Virus record (IMG/VR): IMGVR_UViG_3300011242_000002
Location: 192,001-256,000 of that record
Strand: one strand, 5' to 3'
From: a virus
Taxonomy: Duplodnaviria; Caudoviricetes
Length of the DNA: 64,000 bases
Under the pieces are notes generated by a model that did not search any database, was not told the DNA's origin, and saw nothing but the letters and a program-made list of their open reading frames with translations. This document shows, one piece after another, positions 18,571 to 28,037 of this stretch. Position 1 is the first letter of the stretch; the number at the start of each line of letters is the position of its first letter. A program made the translations under genes and the position numbers.

Positions 18571-20682
18571 ATGACAACCCCAGTAATAGAAGCCAGTGAG
18601 CTGTCGGCAGATATTCTCTCGTCAGTTCTCTCGCTTAACCCGACGGTCCACGGTGACTCCTCACCGCGTTCTGCGATGTTCGGTGGCCACGCCGGACAGG
18701 CGGTGACCATTGAGGGTTCCACCCCGCGTATGCTGAAAACCGGTCAAGAATACGAATACGCAAAAGGCACGTTTAAGATCGAAGCACCCTGTGACATGTT
18801 GATCATTGACGTGATCCAGCGCTTTTCGAAAACCTGGGGTGCGGGCGGTATTCGCTCTAACCCCGAAACCTTTGTCCTGTACGAACGCCTCACCGGTAAA
18901 ACCACCAAGCTGCAGCAGGAGTCGCACGTCTTTGACATCATGCGTATTCCGGCCTACCACACCCGTAACCATGCGCTCGGCTTTAAGTACGTGCAGCATA
19001 CGGTTAACCAGGACCGCCTGCGTCCGGGTGAGCTGGTAGAGAAAGGCACGGTGTTTGCCTATTCCCCTAACCTGACCTCCGGTGGTGATTATAAGTACGG
19101 CCGGGAAACCAACGTGGCGTTTTTATCGATCCCTGAGGTCGAGCAGGACGGCATGGTGGTCACCGAGTCCTTCGCCAACGCCATGGCCTGTACCAAGATC
19201 GAAAGCCGCATTGCCCAGTGGGGGGAAAACAAGATCCTGCTGAACCTGTACGGGGATGCAGAAAACTACCGTCCGTTCCCGGAGATCGGTGATAAGATCC
19301 GTGATGACGGGTTATTGTTCGCCGTGCGTACCATTGAGCCTGGCGTGGGTATCGTCAACCTGACACCGAAAGCGCTGATGGAGTTTGACGACACCTTCGA
19401 TCAGGGCAAGTACGGGGAAGCCGGTGCCACCATCATCAACATTGCGGTGAAGTCGGATCGCATGCGCACCGGTCGCTCAGAAGTCCAGTTCTATGACCGT
19501 CAGGCTGACCGCTATGAGCGTGCCGCCCGTTCCTTCTCTACCCGCCTGCGGGATAATTACGAGAAGCTGGCCCGTGCCCATCCTAACACGCTGCTGCTCG
19601 GTGATGAGCTGAACCGCATGGTAACCGATGCCATTTCGGATACCGGTGGTCTGGATCGTCGCATGAACAGCCAGGGTGAAGTGATCAGCATGGACAAAGG
19701 TGCCCAGATCTACAACAAGGTGCCGATCGGCGACTGGCGTGCCGAGATCACCTTCGTGAAGCGACTGGAAGCCGGGGTGCGCTTTAAGATTACTGACACT
19801 CACGGTGGTAAAGGTGTTATTGTCAAGGTGATCAAGGATGAAGATGCACCGATCGATGAACACGGTAACCGCGCTGACGTGATCATGGACAACTGCTCCA
19901 TCACCAAGCGTATGAACCTGGGCAAGCCGGCTGAGCAGTATATCAACGGGGCGTCGGTACACGCCACCAAGATTGCGCGTCAACTGAAAGCGGCCAACGA
20001 CATGGACGGCGCGTGGCAGCACCTGATGTCGTATTACGAGGCAGCGGCCTACGAACAGTGGGAGCTGATGCAAAACCAGCTGTACGCCGTCAAGGCCAAC
20101 CGTGACCACCACGTCAACTGGGTTTGTGATCACGGTATTGAGCTGTACTGCCCAACCGATCGTAAGTACTACGGGGCCGAACAGATTCGTCGCATCATGC
20201 GGGGTCATGACTTCCCCACCACCCGCGTGCGCTACCGTGCACCTAACGGGGAACTGGTGTGGACCAAGGACCCGGTGGTGATTGCGCCGATCTACATTAT
20301 CCTGCTGGAGAAGATGGGGGAATACTGGGCGTCCTGTGCCATTCCGAAACTGACCCACTTTGGTACGCTGTCAACGCTTACCCAGGTGGACAAGTACTCA
20401 CTGCCGTGGCGTAATACCCCGACCCGCTTTACCGGGGAGTCGGAGATTCGCCTGTTCTTGGCTGCCTGCGGTGGCTGGTTCACCAACCGCCTGCTGTCCT
20501 TTGCGAATACACCAACCATGCAGAAAGCTGCCGTGACCAAGATCCTGCAGGCTAAGGATCCGATGCGCTTGCAAAGCATGATTGATGAGAAGGCCAACCC
20601 ATTAGGTCGGGGTCGTCCGCTGCAGATGTACAAGCATATTCAGGCATGTCGTGGTATTCATTTGGAACGCCGTGCAGCGTAA
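18571..20682 (+). CDS. Non-virion RNA polymerase beta subunit, C-terminal part (phiKZ gp71/73-like), uninterrupted
   Basis: DSSPRSAMF, EQDGMVV, KITDTHGGKGVI...ADVIMD...KRMN, YIILLEK, RFTGESE. Confidence 0.93.
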   Translation: MTTPVIEASELSADILSSVLSLNPTVHGDSSPRSAMFGGHAGQAVTIEGSTPRMLKTGQEYEYAKGTFKIEAPCDMLIIDVIQRFSKTWGAGGIRSNPETFVLYERLTGKTTKLQQESHVFDIMRIPAYHTRNHALGFKYVQHTVNQDRLRPGELVEKGTVFAYSPNLTSGGDYKYGRETNVAFLSIPEVEQDGMVVTESFANAMACTKIESRIAQWGENKILLNLYGDAENYRPFPEIGDKIRDDGLLFAVRTIEPGVGIVNLTPKALMEFDDTFDQGKYGEAGATIINIAVKSDRMRTGRSEVQFYDRQADRYERAARSFSTRLRDNYEKLARAHPNTLLLGDELNRMVTDAISDTGGLDRRMNSQGEVISMDKGAQIYNKVPIGDWRAEITFVKRLEAGVRFKITDTHGGKGVIVKVIKDEDAPIDEHGNRADVIMDNCSITKRMNLGKPAEQYINGASVHATKIARQLKAANDMDGAWQHLMSYYEAAAYEQWELMQNQLYAVKANRDHHVNWVCDHGIELYCPTDRKYYGAEQIRRIMRGHDFPTTRVRYRAPNGELVWTKDPVVIAPIYIILLEKMGEYWASCAIPKLTHFGTLSTLTQVDKYSLPWRNTPTRFTGESEIRLFLAACGGWFTNRLLSFANTPTMQKAAVTKILQAKDPMRLQSMIDEKANPLGRGRPLQMYKHIQACRGIHLERRAA

Positions 20683-20685
20683 GGA

Positions 20686-22659
20686 GTGATGATGCAAACC
20701 TATAACTGGCAAGACCTGCTGGCAATGGACGAAACCCAGCTGTGGCAGCTGGATACCGGCAACAACCCGCTGATTAAAGTCAAGGCGCGGGACAAGGAGT
20801 TCGAGATCCTTGCCCGCCTGGCGATCGTCAGCTGGTACTGCTGGCCGCTGCAGCGGCAGTTCCCGGGGATGGCGCTGGACAAGCGCCACTTCGCCACCTC
20901 TATTCGTCTGTCCAACAAAACCCTGCTCGGGATTCTGACCCAGGGGCTGCGTGATTACGTGGACCTGCATCCGGGGGTGATTGATGTGGTCGATATCAAC
21001 AGCCGCATTGCGCGTGCGGTGAACGACCTTAACAACACCTTCGTGATGAAGATCCCGGAGTACGTGACCACCGCCTCGATGCGTCAGTACATTGAGGTGC
21101 TGGATGACCCGGAGATGGTGGCGGTGCGTCAAGCGATGGAGCCGAACCAGAACTCCATTCGCGAATCGTACAAGAACGGCCTGGGGATCATCAAACGCAT
21201 GGACAAGTTCATCGGTAACCAGATTGCCGAGGACATCAAGCAGGGATCGGTGTCGGACGGTCAGACGTCACAGGTGTTTATTGCGCGTGGTTATCTGACC
21301 GACCACAACTCCCGTATCTTCGTGAAACCGGTGATGGCCTGCTACGCCGAAGGGTTGGGGTCGTTCTACGATGCCTTCGTGGAATCCCGCTCGGCCACCA
21401 AAGCGATGCTGTTCCAGAAGAAGCCGCTGGAAGACTCCGAATGGTTTAACCGTAAAATGCAGCTGGTAGCCCAGGCAGTTCAGCGCATCCACATGAACGA
21501 GGACTGTGGTTCTACCGTCACGGTACCGGTGTTGGTTAAAGAGGGTTGGCTCAGTCGTCTGGCCGGTAAGTACTACTACGCCGACGACAACAAGACCCTG
21601 AAGTGCGTGTCGGATAAGGACGATCACCTGATTGGTCGCATTATTCATATGCGATCGCCAATGTACTGTAACCACGTAGACCGCTCCGGCATTTGCGAAG
21701 CCTGTTACGGGAAGTTGGCCATTAGTCTGCCGTACTTTAACGCCCTGGGTGAGATCGGGAAGAACGAAATCATCATCGGGCATATCAGTGCGACAGAGAT
21801 CGGTCAGGATCTGTCACAGAAGATGTTGTCCACCAAACACCTGGATACCTCTTCGACCACAGAACCGTTCGTGCCACGTCGTCAGGATGCGATGTACATC
21901 ATTGAGGGGATGCGGGATAATGCTGTGCGGTTACACCCCCGCCTCAAGAAAGACAAGGTGAAGTTAAAAGTAAACTTTAACAAAACCACCGCATTATCTG
22001 ATATCTACGTGGCTGAAAATCTGGATGAGGTGGCGACCCGTGCGGGTGGCTTTAATGAAATCGTGCTGGAGTTCGAACGCGAAGAAGGCTATAGCGAAGC
22101 AATTCCTATCCCGACGGTGCAAGGTTCACGTCAGGGGCAGTTTACGGTCGACTTCCTGCGCTTCCTGCAAAAGGCCAACTGGACGAATGCCGAGAAAGGC
22201 TTCATCGTAATTGATCTGTCGACCTTTGACTTCGATTGCGACGTGGTTGAGCTGCCGCTGGTACACCAAGACATGACGGTGTACCAAAAGCAGATCGAGG
22301 CGTTTATTCGTTTCAGCAAGGAATCGGCCAAATGGAAGGGCAAGTTCATTACGCCTGAGGATGCGGGATTAGCGCTGAGTGAATTCTACTCGCTGCTGTC
22401 CGAACGCCTGAAGGTTAACATCGTCCATGCCGAGATGATGCTGTATTCGGTCATGACCCTCAATCCGAGCGGTTATGACTATCGTCTCCCACGGGCGTAT
22501 GAAGATCGTCAGTTCTCCTCCTACCACGAATGTATCGAGTTTCGTTCGTTGTCGGTGCAGCTTCTGTATCAGGAGCAGGCTACCGTAATGATGAAACCGA
22601 CTACCTTCCTGGTAGAGCACCGCCAGTCTCATCCAGCCGACAGCATCTTTGTTGACTGA
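20686..22659 (+). CDS. Non-virion RNA polymerase beta' subunit, C-terminal part (phiKZ gp74-like)
   Basis: ESRSATKA, EDCGS, RSPMYC...ICEACYG, SQKMLSTKH. Confidence 0.9.
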   Translation: MMMQTYNWQDLLAMDETQLWQLDTGNNPLIKVKARDKEFEILARLAIVSWYCWPLQRQFPGMALDKRHFATSIRLSNKTLLGILTQGLRDYVDLHPGVIDVVDINSRIARAVNDLNNTFVMKIPEYVTTASMRQYIEVLDDPEMVAVRQAMEPNQNSIRESYKNGLGIIKRMDKFIGNQIAEDIKQGSVSDGQTSQVFIARGYLTDHNSRIFVKPVMACYAEGLGSFYDAFVESRSATKAMLFQKKPLEDSEWFNRKMQLVAQAVQRIHMNEDCGSTVTVPVLVKEGWLSRLAGKYYYADDNKTLKCVSDKDDHLIGRIIHMRSPMYCNHVDRSGICEACYGKLAISLPYFNALGEIGKNEIIIGHISATEIGQDLSQKMLSTKHLDTSSTTEPFVPRRQDAMYIIEGMRDNAVRLHPRLKKDKVKLKVNFNKTTALSDIYVAENLDEVATRAGGFNEIVLEFEREEGYSEAIPIPTVQGSRQGQFTVDFLRFLQKANWTNAEKGFIVIDLSTFDFDCDVVELPLVHQDMTVYQKQIEAFIRFSKESAKWKGKFITPEDAGLALSEFYSLLSERLKVNIVHAEMMLYSVMTLNPSGYDYRLPRAYEDRQFSSYHECIEFRSLSVQLLYQEQATVMMKPTTFLVEHRQSHPADSIFVD

Positions 22660-22670
22660 GAGGTTTAACC

Positions 22671-24224
22671 ATGGGCAGTATCGCAACCATCACGTTAAGC
22701 AGCCACGGTTTTCGGGTGACTGACTTCAACAGTGACTTTGCGGTTCACCTCTCACAGTTTTGTCGCCGTTTCGTGCAGTGTAAGATCGAAGCCAAGGTCC
22801 ACAACGGACGTAAGACCTTGGTGAAGGTACCCGATCGCACCTTTGCCTCGGCGACCAAGAACCGTAAGGAGATACGGCTTCACCTTAACTGTTTTGAGGA
22901 CTTTAAGCACTTCATGCGGAACTGTGGTTATGCCACGGAGCGTTTTAAGATAGTGCAGTTGGAAGTGCCCGCTGGCCGAGACGTACCGTTTGATTTCACC
23001 AACCCCGGCATTGCGCCCCGGGAACACCAGGTGGAGTGGCTGGATTACCAGCTCAACCTGGACCCGGTGAGGGTGAACACAAAGGTCAATACCCTACAAA
23101 CAGGGAAGGGAAAGACCTTTTGTGCCATCTACCAAATGGTGAAGATGGGTAAACGGACGGTTATTACGCTGATGCCCAAATACATCAACACCTGGTTGGT
23201 GGGGTTGGCGGACTTTGTTAAGCTGCAGCCGGAAGACATCATGGTGGTGCAAGGCTCAATTGAGCTTAATGCTGCCATGAAGCTTGCGGATGCTGGAAAG
23301 CTGACTGCCAAGATCATCATCGTGTCGCTCCCCACCTACCAGTACTTTATGGCTGAGTATGAGGACAACGACGGGGTGATGACCCACTACAATTACACCC
23401 CGGATCATTTCTGGGAGGTAATGGAACCCGGTCTGTTGATCGTGGACGAAGGACATGAATCCATCCATGCCCTGTACCGCTTTGATCTGTACTGTAACGT
23501 GCGCAACAAGGTGGTACTCTCGGCAACGCTTGAGGCCGATGATCCGTTCATCAACGAAATGTATGCGGTGGTCTATCCGAAAGCCATCCGCTTCCGCGGA
23601 GGCGAGTACGATAAGTACATCGAGTCGGTTGCCTTGATGTACGGGTTAACCAGCACCAAGAAGATCAAGTACGCCGGTTTCGGCGGCACCTATTCGCACG
23701 TGAAGCTCGAGCAGTCGATTATGAAGAGTAACCATCTTCTCGACAGCTACGTGAAGTTCATTGGCGATACGGCAGACTACTTCTTCTTCAAGGTGGCCCA
23801 GCCCGGTCAGCGTTTGCTGATCTACTGTGCGACGGTTGACATGTGCATCAAGGTGGTCGCCTACATGCGGCATCGCCACAAGGACGGTGGGTTAGTCATC
23901 AACAAGTATACCCAGGAGGATCCGAAGACCACACTGTATGAATCCGATATCACCATCTCCACGCTGATGTCTGCCGGAACCGGGGTCGATATCCCAGGCC
24001 TGCGCACGGTGCTGATGACGGTGGCCATTGGTTCTAAGCAGAAGAACGACCAGGCACTCGGTCGTTTACGTCGTCTGAAGGACTTCCCGGACGTCACGCC
24101 AACCTTCGTGTATTTCGTCTGTGGGAACATCCGTCCGCACATGGAGTACCACCGTAAGAAGTTGGAGAACTTTGCGAACAAGACCCTGAGTCAGCGTTCG
24201 TTTAACAGCGGCTACTCACTTTAA
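22671..24224 (+). CDS. Superfamily 2 helicase (UvsW/Rad25-like; phiKZ gp75-like)
   Basis: LQTGKGKT, VDEGH, SAT, GTGVDIP, QALGRLR. Confidence 0.92.
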   Translation: MGSIATITLSSHGFRVTDFNSDFAVHLSQFCRRFVQCKIEAKVHNGRKTLVKVPDRTFASATKNRKEIRLHLNCFEDFKHFMRNCGYATERFKIVQLEVPAGRDVPFDFTNPGIAPREHQVEWLDYQLNLDPVRVNTKVNTLQTGKGKTFCAIYQMVKMGKRTVITLMPKYINTWLVGLADFVKLQPEDIMVVQGSIELNAAMKLADAGKLTAKIIIVSLPTYQYFMAEYEDNDGVMTHYNYTPDHFWEVMEPGLLIVDEGHESIHALYRFDLYCNVRNKVVLSATLEADDPFINEMYAVVYPKAIRFRGGEYDKYIESVALMYGLTSTKKIKYAGFGGTYSHVKLEQSIMKSNHLLDSYVKFIGDTADYFFFKVAQPGQRLLIYCATVDMCIKVVAYMRHRHKDGGLVINKYTQEDPKTTLYESDITISTLMSAGTGVDIPGLRTVLMTVAIGSKQKNDQALGRLRRLKDFPDVTPTFVYFVCGNIRPHMEYHRKKLENFANKTLSQRSFNSGYSL

Positions 24225-24284
24225 TGTTGTCTGACATGGAAGCTGGACTTCGGTCTGGTTTCCGTGTCTTTCTTTTAAAAGGGA

Positions 24285-24758
24285 ATGATGATGCATGTGA
24301 TTACTGAAGCTTCTTCCGATATGTCGGTAACTGAAGTTGTAGAAGACGAGTATGTGTTGCATATTGACCCTGCGTTATGTAACGCCGAGGACACCGCCCG
24401 TATCGTCGCCGAAAGAGCCGCCAACGGTAAACCAACGGTGGTGGTGCTGGGAAATGTGGGGCGAACTGAGCAGCTGCTGCTGGAAAGGCTGGAGGCAGAG
24501 GAGGGGGTAGAACGCGATTACTTTGGTCAGCCCCGTGCCAAGCGGGTTGGTATCATAGCGGGGCAGATACATGCTATCAGCACAGGGATGGCACTGTCAA
24601 CTGGACCGGGCTACCCAATGAGTTTCTACGCCGAACCCGTCACCTATTTTGATTACCGTCAACATTTGCGCGATGTAGAAGTTGATCGTCAAACCCGTCG
24701 CCCACCCAAGAAAGCCACCTGTAGCGCCCGACGCCGCGGCCGTAAATTTAAGGGGTAG
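24285..24758 (+). CDS. Accessory protein with a GTPase G1-like fragment and basic tail
   Basis: KPTVVVLGNVGRT; ends RRPPKKATCSARRRGRKFKG. Confidence 0.65.
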   Translation: MMMHVITEASSDMSVTEVVEDEYVLHIDPALCNAEDTARIVAERAANGKPTVVVLGNVGRTEQLLLERLEAEEGVERDYFGQPRAKRVGIIAGQIHAISTGMALSTGPGYPMSFYAEPVTYFDYRQHLRDVEVDRQTRRPPKKATCSARRRGRKFKG

Positions 24759-24760
24759 TT

Positions 24761-25096
24761 ATGAACCATGCAGAATCATTAGAAGTGTGCGTGCTGGCTG
24801 TTAACGATCACATGCGCAAAGGTAATGATCGTAAAGCCTCGGGTGTATTGTTGTCTTATATTGAAAAGTGCTTTGCCACCCGTGACCTGGAAGGTGTTGA
24901 AGCCCTCTTAGTGCGTTTTCGGGAAGATGGTTCCATCAACATTACCCCGCGCCATAAGGTCAGTATTCTCCGAGCGTGTCACCGCTATCGTCAGCAGCTC
25001 AAAGAATACAATGCCTGTTTAGCACGCTGGTATGATGATCTTAATGCCGCTGGCCTGGTGCGGTTATTAGCGGGGATCCAATATGATCGAGAATGA
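24761..25096 (+). CDS. Hypothetical protein
   Basis: 111 aa, closely spaced in the operon. Confidence 0.7.
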   Translation: MNHAESLEVCVLAVNDHMRKGNDRKASGVLLSYIEKCFATRDLEGVEALLVRFREDGSINITPRHKVSILRACHRYRQQLKEYNACLARWYDDLNAAGLVRLLAGIQYDRE

Positions 25097-25518
25097 ATTT
25101 TATTGCTGTAAAGGATAATGCCATGACCGACTTCTCTAAAGCCCCGGAGGTGCTTACTCCACCCTCATCGCTTCCTATTATGTTTACCGACGAGCTGTTT
25201 CGCAAGCACCAGATTACCGTGTTAAATGATCGGTTGGGGGTGCTGCAGCCCGGCGTCTTTTACGCGCACTACGGCATTAACCAAGCAGGTTATTTACTGG
25301 TTGAGCTGAACGGTGCACAGGACGAAGCTTATGCCCGCTGGCTGGCCGTAATGGGCGTCCAACAACTGCAGGCGTCGATAACGGAATTCAGCGTCTTTCA
25401 GTGCCTGTCTGCTGATAACGAGGTGGCCGTTGTTCAGCCCAGCCCGCAAAAAAATAATGCGCCAAAGCTGCTGATCTACTACCCAGACGGCGGCTACGAA
25501 ATCAAACACATCCATTAA
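25093..25518 (+). CDS. Hypothetical protein
   Basis: ATGA overlap; alternative start 25123 after AAGGA. Confidence 0.65.
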   Translation: MNFIAVKDNAMTDFSKAPEVLTPPSSLPIMFTDELFRKHQITVLNDRLGVLQPGVFYAHYGINQAGYLLVELNGAQDEAYARWLAVMGVQQLQASITEFSVFQCLSADNEVAVVQPSPQKNNAPKLLIYYPDGGYEIKHIH

Positions 25519-25533
25519 GAAGGATTAACCCGT

Positions 25534-26223
25534 ATGAACACCAATAAAGCAAATGATTCAGTCATGACTTCCCTTAAGCATCTGCAAAACCTTAGCCCAA
25601 CCGGTCCACGTCAAGCCGAAGTGGAAAGCGCACTGCGCAAGATGGCCAACACACCCGGATTAGAACCCCGCAGCGACGCTATGAAGGGGTATTCGTGCGG
25701 ACGCGACTTTTACCACCATAACGCTAGCGCTTCAGCTCGTTGGAACGCTGAGAAAGGCGGTTACGAACTTACCTCTTCATTTAACACCCCCATTGTTCAG
25801 CACCCTAACCGTACGTTTCTGTGGGAAGCCCTGTTTGGTGCACCGCAATGGCACGTATGGAACCGTTTCGTCCGCCCGTTCTACTACCTCGCTCCCGAGT
25901 TTGTGAAGCTGGGCCGCCGTCTGAATACCATAAAGTCGTATTTGGCCTTTGACTGGCTGACTAATGTGGTCGTGCCACGCATTAACCAGTATGACCCGAT
26001 CAACTACATCGAGTACTGTGAAAAGCACCTGGGGCATGACCCAATCGAGAAGCCAAAGTGGAGGGATGTTGTGAACACCTTTGGGATGGATCCGCGTTGG
26101 TGGGCGCCTTGCAGTTTGCCAGATCCTTTCAAGGGTAACCCGTACGCTATCGACGACCGCTGCAGATTACGCCTTGCCCAGATGTTTCCCGTTAAACCTG
26201 TAATGAACAAGAGAATTATCTGA
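25534..26223 (+). CDS. Hypothetical protein
   Basis: AAGGA RBS; 229 aa. Confidence 0.7.
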   Translation: MNTNKANDSVMTSLKHLQNLSPTGPRQAEVESALRKMANTPGLEPRSDAMKGYSCGRDFYHHNASASARWNAEKGGYELTSSFNTPIVQHPNRTFLWEALFGAPQWHVWNRFVRPFYYLAPEFVKLGRRLNTIKSYLAFDWLTNVVVPRINQYDPINYIEYCEKHLGHDPIEKPKWRDVVNTFGMDPRWWAPCSLPDPFKGNPYAIDDRCRLRLAQMFPVKPVMNKRII

Positions 26224-26224
26224 A

Positions 26225-26902
26225 ATGGCCATGAACCATAATTACTACACCCTGGTCCACAGCTACGCCTTGAACAAAGACATGGACCGGGTAGAGGCCG
26301 ACAACATTGCAACAACTTTGGCAGTGCTGATTCCGATGCGTCACGACTACGGTCTGCAGGATGGTCATACCTGGCCTAACAACGACTATGTGGTCGAGAA
26401 CATCAAAAAACTCCACCAGGGGAAACCGTATCAACGCATCATCCCATTTGACCTTGCGATTCCCCTTATTAAAGTCGATTCCATTAACCAGCTGCCAGCA
26501 ACCACCACGTACGGTCAGCGCTACTACGTTCGCAGCGGTAACCTGTTTATGGAAACCCAACTCAACGGCATGACGGAGACGGTAAAGAAAATGCAAAGCC
26601 TTCAGATTACAGAGCCTTTAGACATAGACCCTGAGCAGTTGGCCCGGCTGCGTGAAAAAGCGGCCGAGCAGGGAATGATCATTGAAGTCTGGGACAAGGG
26701 CGCAAACCATCCCGACAACGTCGCAGGGTTGGCAAAGCTGAAAGAGGCGCTGACGGCGGCGGATGATAAGGCTGCGCCAAAAGTCCAGCCTGAGCGTAAA
26801 GAAGAGCGGAACAGCTGGTCAAACCCCACGGGGAAGATTAAATTCCGTGAGCGTCCATCTAACCGTTTAACCCGTATGCGTAATAATAAAAGAAGAGGTT
26901 AA
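26225..26902 (+). CDS. Hypothetical protein with basic C-terminal tail
   Basis: 225 aa; ends RERPSNRLTRMRNNKRRG. Confidence 0.7.
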   Translation: MAMNHNYYTLVHSYALNKDMDRVEADNIATTLAVLIPMRHDYGLQDGHTWPNNDYVVENIKKLHQGKPYQRIIPFDLAIPLIKVDSINQLPATTTYGQRYYVRSGNLFMETQLNGMTETVKKMQSLQITEPLDIDPEQLARLREKAAEQGMIIEVWDKGANHPDNVAGLAKLKEALTAADDKAAPKVQPERKEERNSWSNPTGKIKFRERPSNRLTRMRNNKRRG

Positions 26903-26903
26903 C

Positions 26904-27206
26904 ATGTCTGATCGCAGCGCCTATTTTACACAGCAGCAGCGTCGTTTACAGCTTGAGAGCCTATCAGGTGGGTTTCGTAGCGATGAAATGGTAATGTTCA
27001 GTGCGCCGAATAAGCCTCGTTCACGCATTACCGGGGTCATTGATGAGCCAGCACATATCGGCGGCGTACGGGTTTTGACAATCCCTAACAACAATGACTG
27101 GGGTGTCCGTCGAATCGTACCTCAGAAGAAAGGCCCTAAAGGTCCGATTACGATGCCCGGTATTGGCGAGCGTAAGAAGAAAGGCAAACACCGCGGAAAG
27201 TATTGA
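26904..27206 (+). CDS. Accessory protein with DnaB-like and Walker B-like fragments and a basic tail
   Basis: GAGG RBS; LSGGFRSDEMVMFSA, VIDEPAHI; ends ERKKKGKHRGKY. Confidence 0.65.
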   Translation: MSDRSAYFTQQQRRLQLESLSGGFRSDEMVMFSAPNKPRSRITGVIDEPAHIGGVRVLTIPNNNDWGVRRIVPQKKGPKGPITMPGIGERKKKGKHRGKY

Positions 27207-27219
27207 GGTTAACTATCCA

Positions 27220-27582
27220 ATGAGTAAACATAAACGTTTAAAAGCGGCAAAGCGTAAGCAGCACAACAAGTCGGCTAAGGTCAGAAGTGCGGAATGGAAA
27301 CAGTACTGTCGTACTCGTGACCTTGAACTCGCGGCAATACGTGAGCAGCGTGAACGTGAACGCGCAGAAGCGCCGCCGCCTGCGCCGCCGAAAAACCACA
27401 TCGACCGTGCATTGGATATGTTCCTCGATGACGGTGCGTTGCTACCAGGTTTGTATCATAGCGACGGTACGCTGGATCTACTAAACCTCGTTAAGCGGGC
27501 TGAGAGTCTGGGTGGTCTTGTATTTATTGATACCGAAGACAGTATAAAACAGGAGACCGAACATGGATCAACACCAGCATAA
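27220..27582 (+). CDS. Accessory protein with basic N-terminus and a RecA/Rad51-like VFIDTE fragment
   Basis: GAGGT RBS; MSKHKRLKAAKRK...; GGLVFIDTEDS. Confidence 0.65.
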   Translation: MSKHKRLKAAKRKQHNKSAKVRSAEWKQYCRTRDLELAAIREQRERERAEAPPPAPPKNHIDRALDMFLDDGALLPGLYHSDGTLDLLNLVKRAESLGGLVFIDTEDSIKQETEHGSTPA

Positions 27583-27751
27583 CGTCACGTATGCAGACAC
27601 GATCGAGTATCAGATTGATCAGGCGTCCGATCGCGCACGTTTACCTTTCTTTGTACTGCCGAAGAAAGAGCCGTTCATTCCAGAGATCTTTAAGGTTAAT
27701 GGGGTGGTTGTTCGCGCCGAAGATCAACACATGGGGCCGTTTACGTCATGA
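27563..27751 (+). CDS. Small hypothetical protein (62 aa)
   Basis: AGGAG RBS; ATGA overlap with the next ORF. Confidence 0.6.
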   Translation: MDQHQHNVTYADTIEYQIDQASDRARLPFFVLPKKEPFIPEIFKVNGVVVRAEDQHMGPFTS

Positions 27752-27894
27752 CACCTAAACAAAAGAAAAGACAGCAGTTAAAGCGTCGCTGTCACAACCA
27801 ACCGGGTAAGGGTCAGCGTAATACTGCGTATATGCAGATTTCTACCTGGCGGGCATCTTCTAAGCAAATGGCGTCCTGGACGACGTGGCCATGA
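27748..27894 (+). CDS. Basic 48-aa peptide, paralogue A (not in the ORF track)
   Basis: MTPKQKKRQQLKRRCHNQPGKGQR...; ATGA-coupled at both ends. Confidence 0.7.
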   Translation: MTPKQKKRQQLKRRCHNQPGKGQRNTAYMQISTWRASSKQMASWTTWP

Positions 27895-28037
27895 CCCCTA
27901 AGCAAGAGAAGCGGTTGCGGTTGAAGCGACGTCACCACAATCAGTCCAACAAAGGCCAGCGTGGTATCATGCAGCTCGCCATTGCACGGCCGGCTATCAC
28001 GCAGGGCAAACTCAGGATGACCATTCCGTGGCGGTAA
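27891..28037 (+). CDS. Basic 48-aa peptide, paralogue B (not in the ORF track)
   Basis: MTPKQEKRLRLKRRHHNQSNKGQR... Confidence 0.7.
   Translation: MTPKQEKRLRLKRRHHNQSNKGQRGIMQLAIARPAITQGKLRMTIPWR

Noticed and set aside
26465-26550. IKVDSINQLPATTTYGQRYYV, resembling a tail-fibre repeat or Walker B
   Set aside because: Too weak and ambiguous to add to the motif-collage set without a profile search
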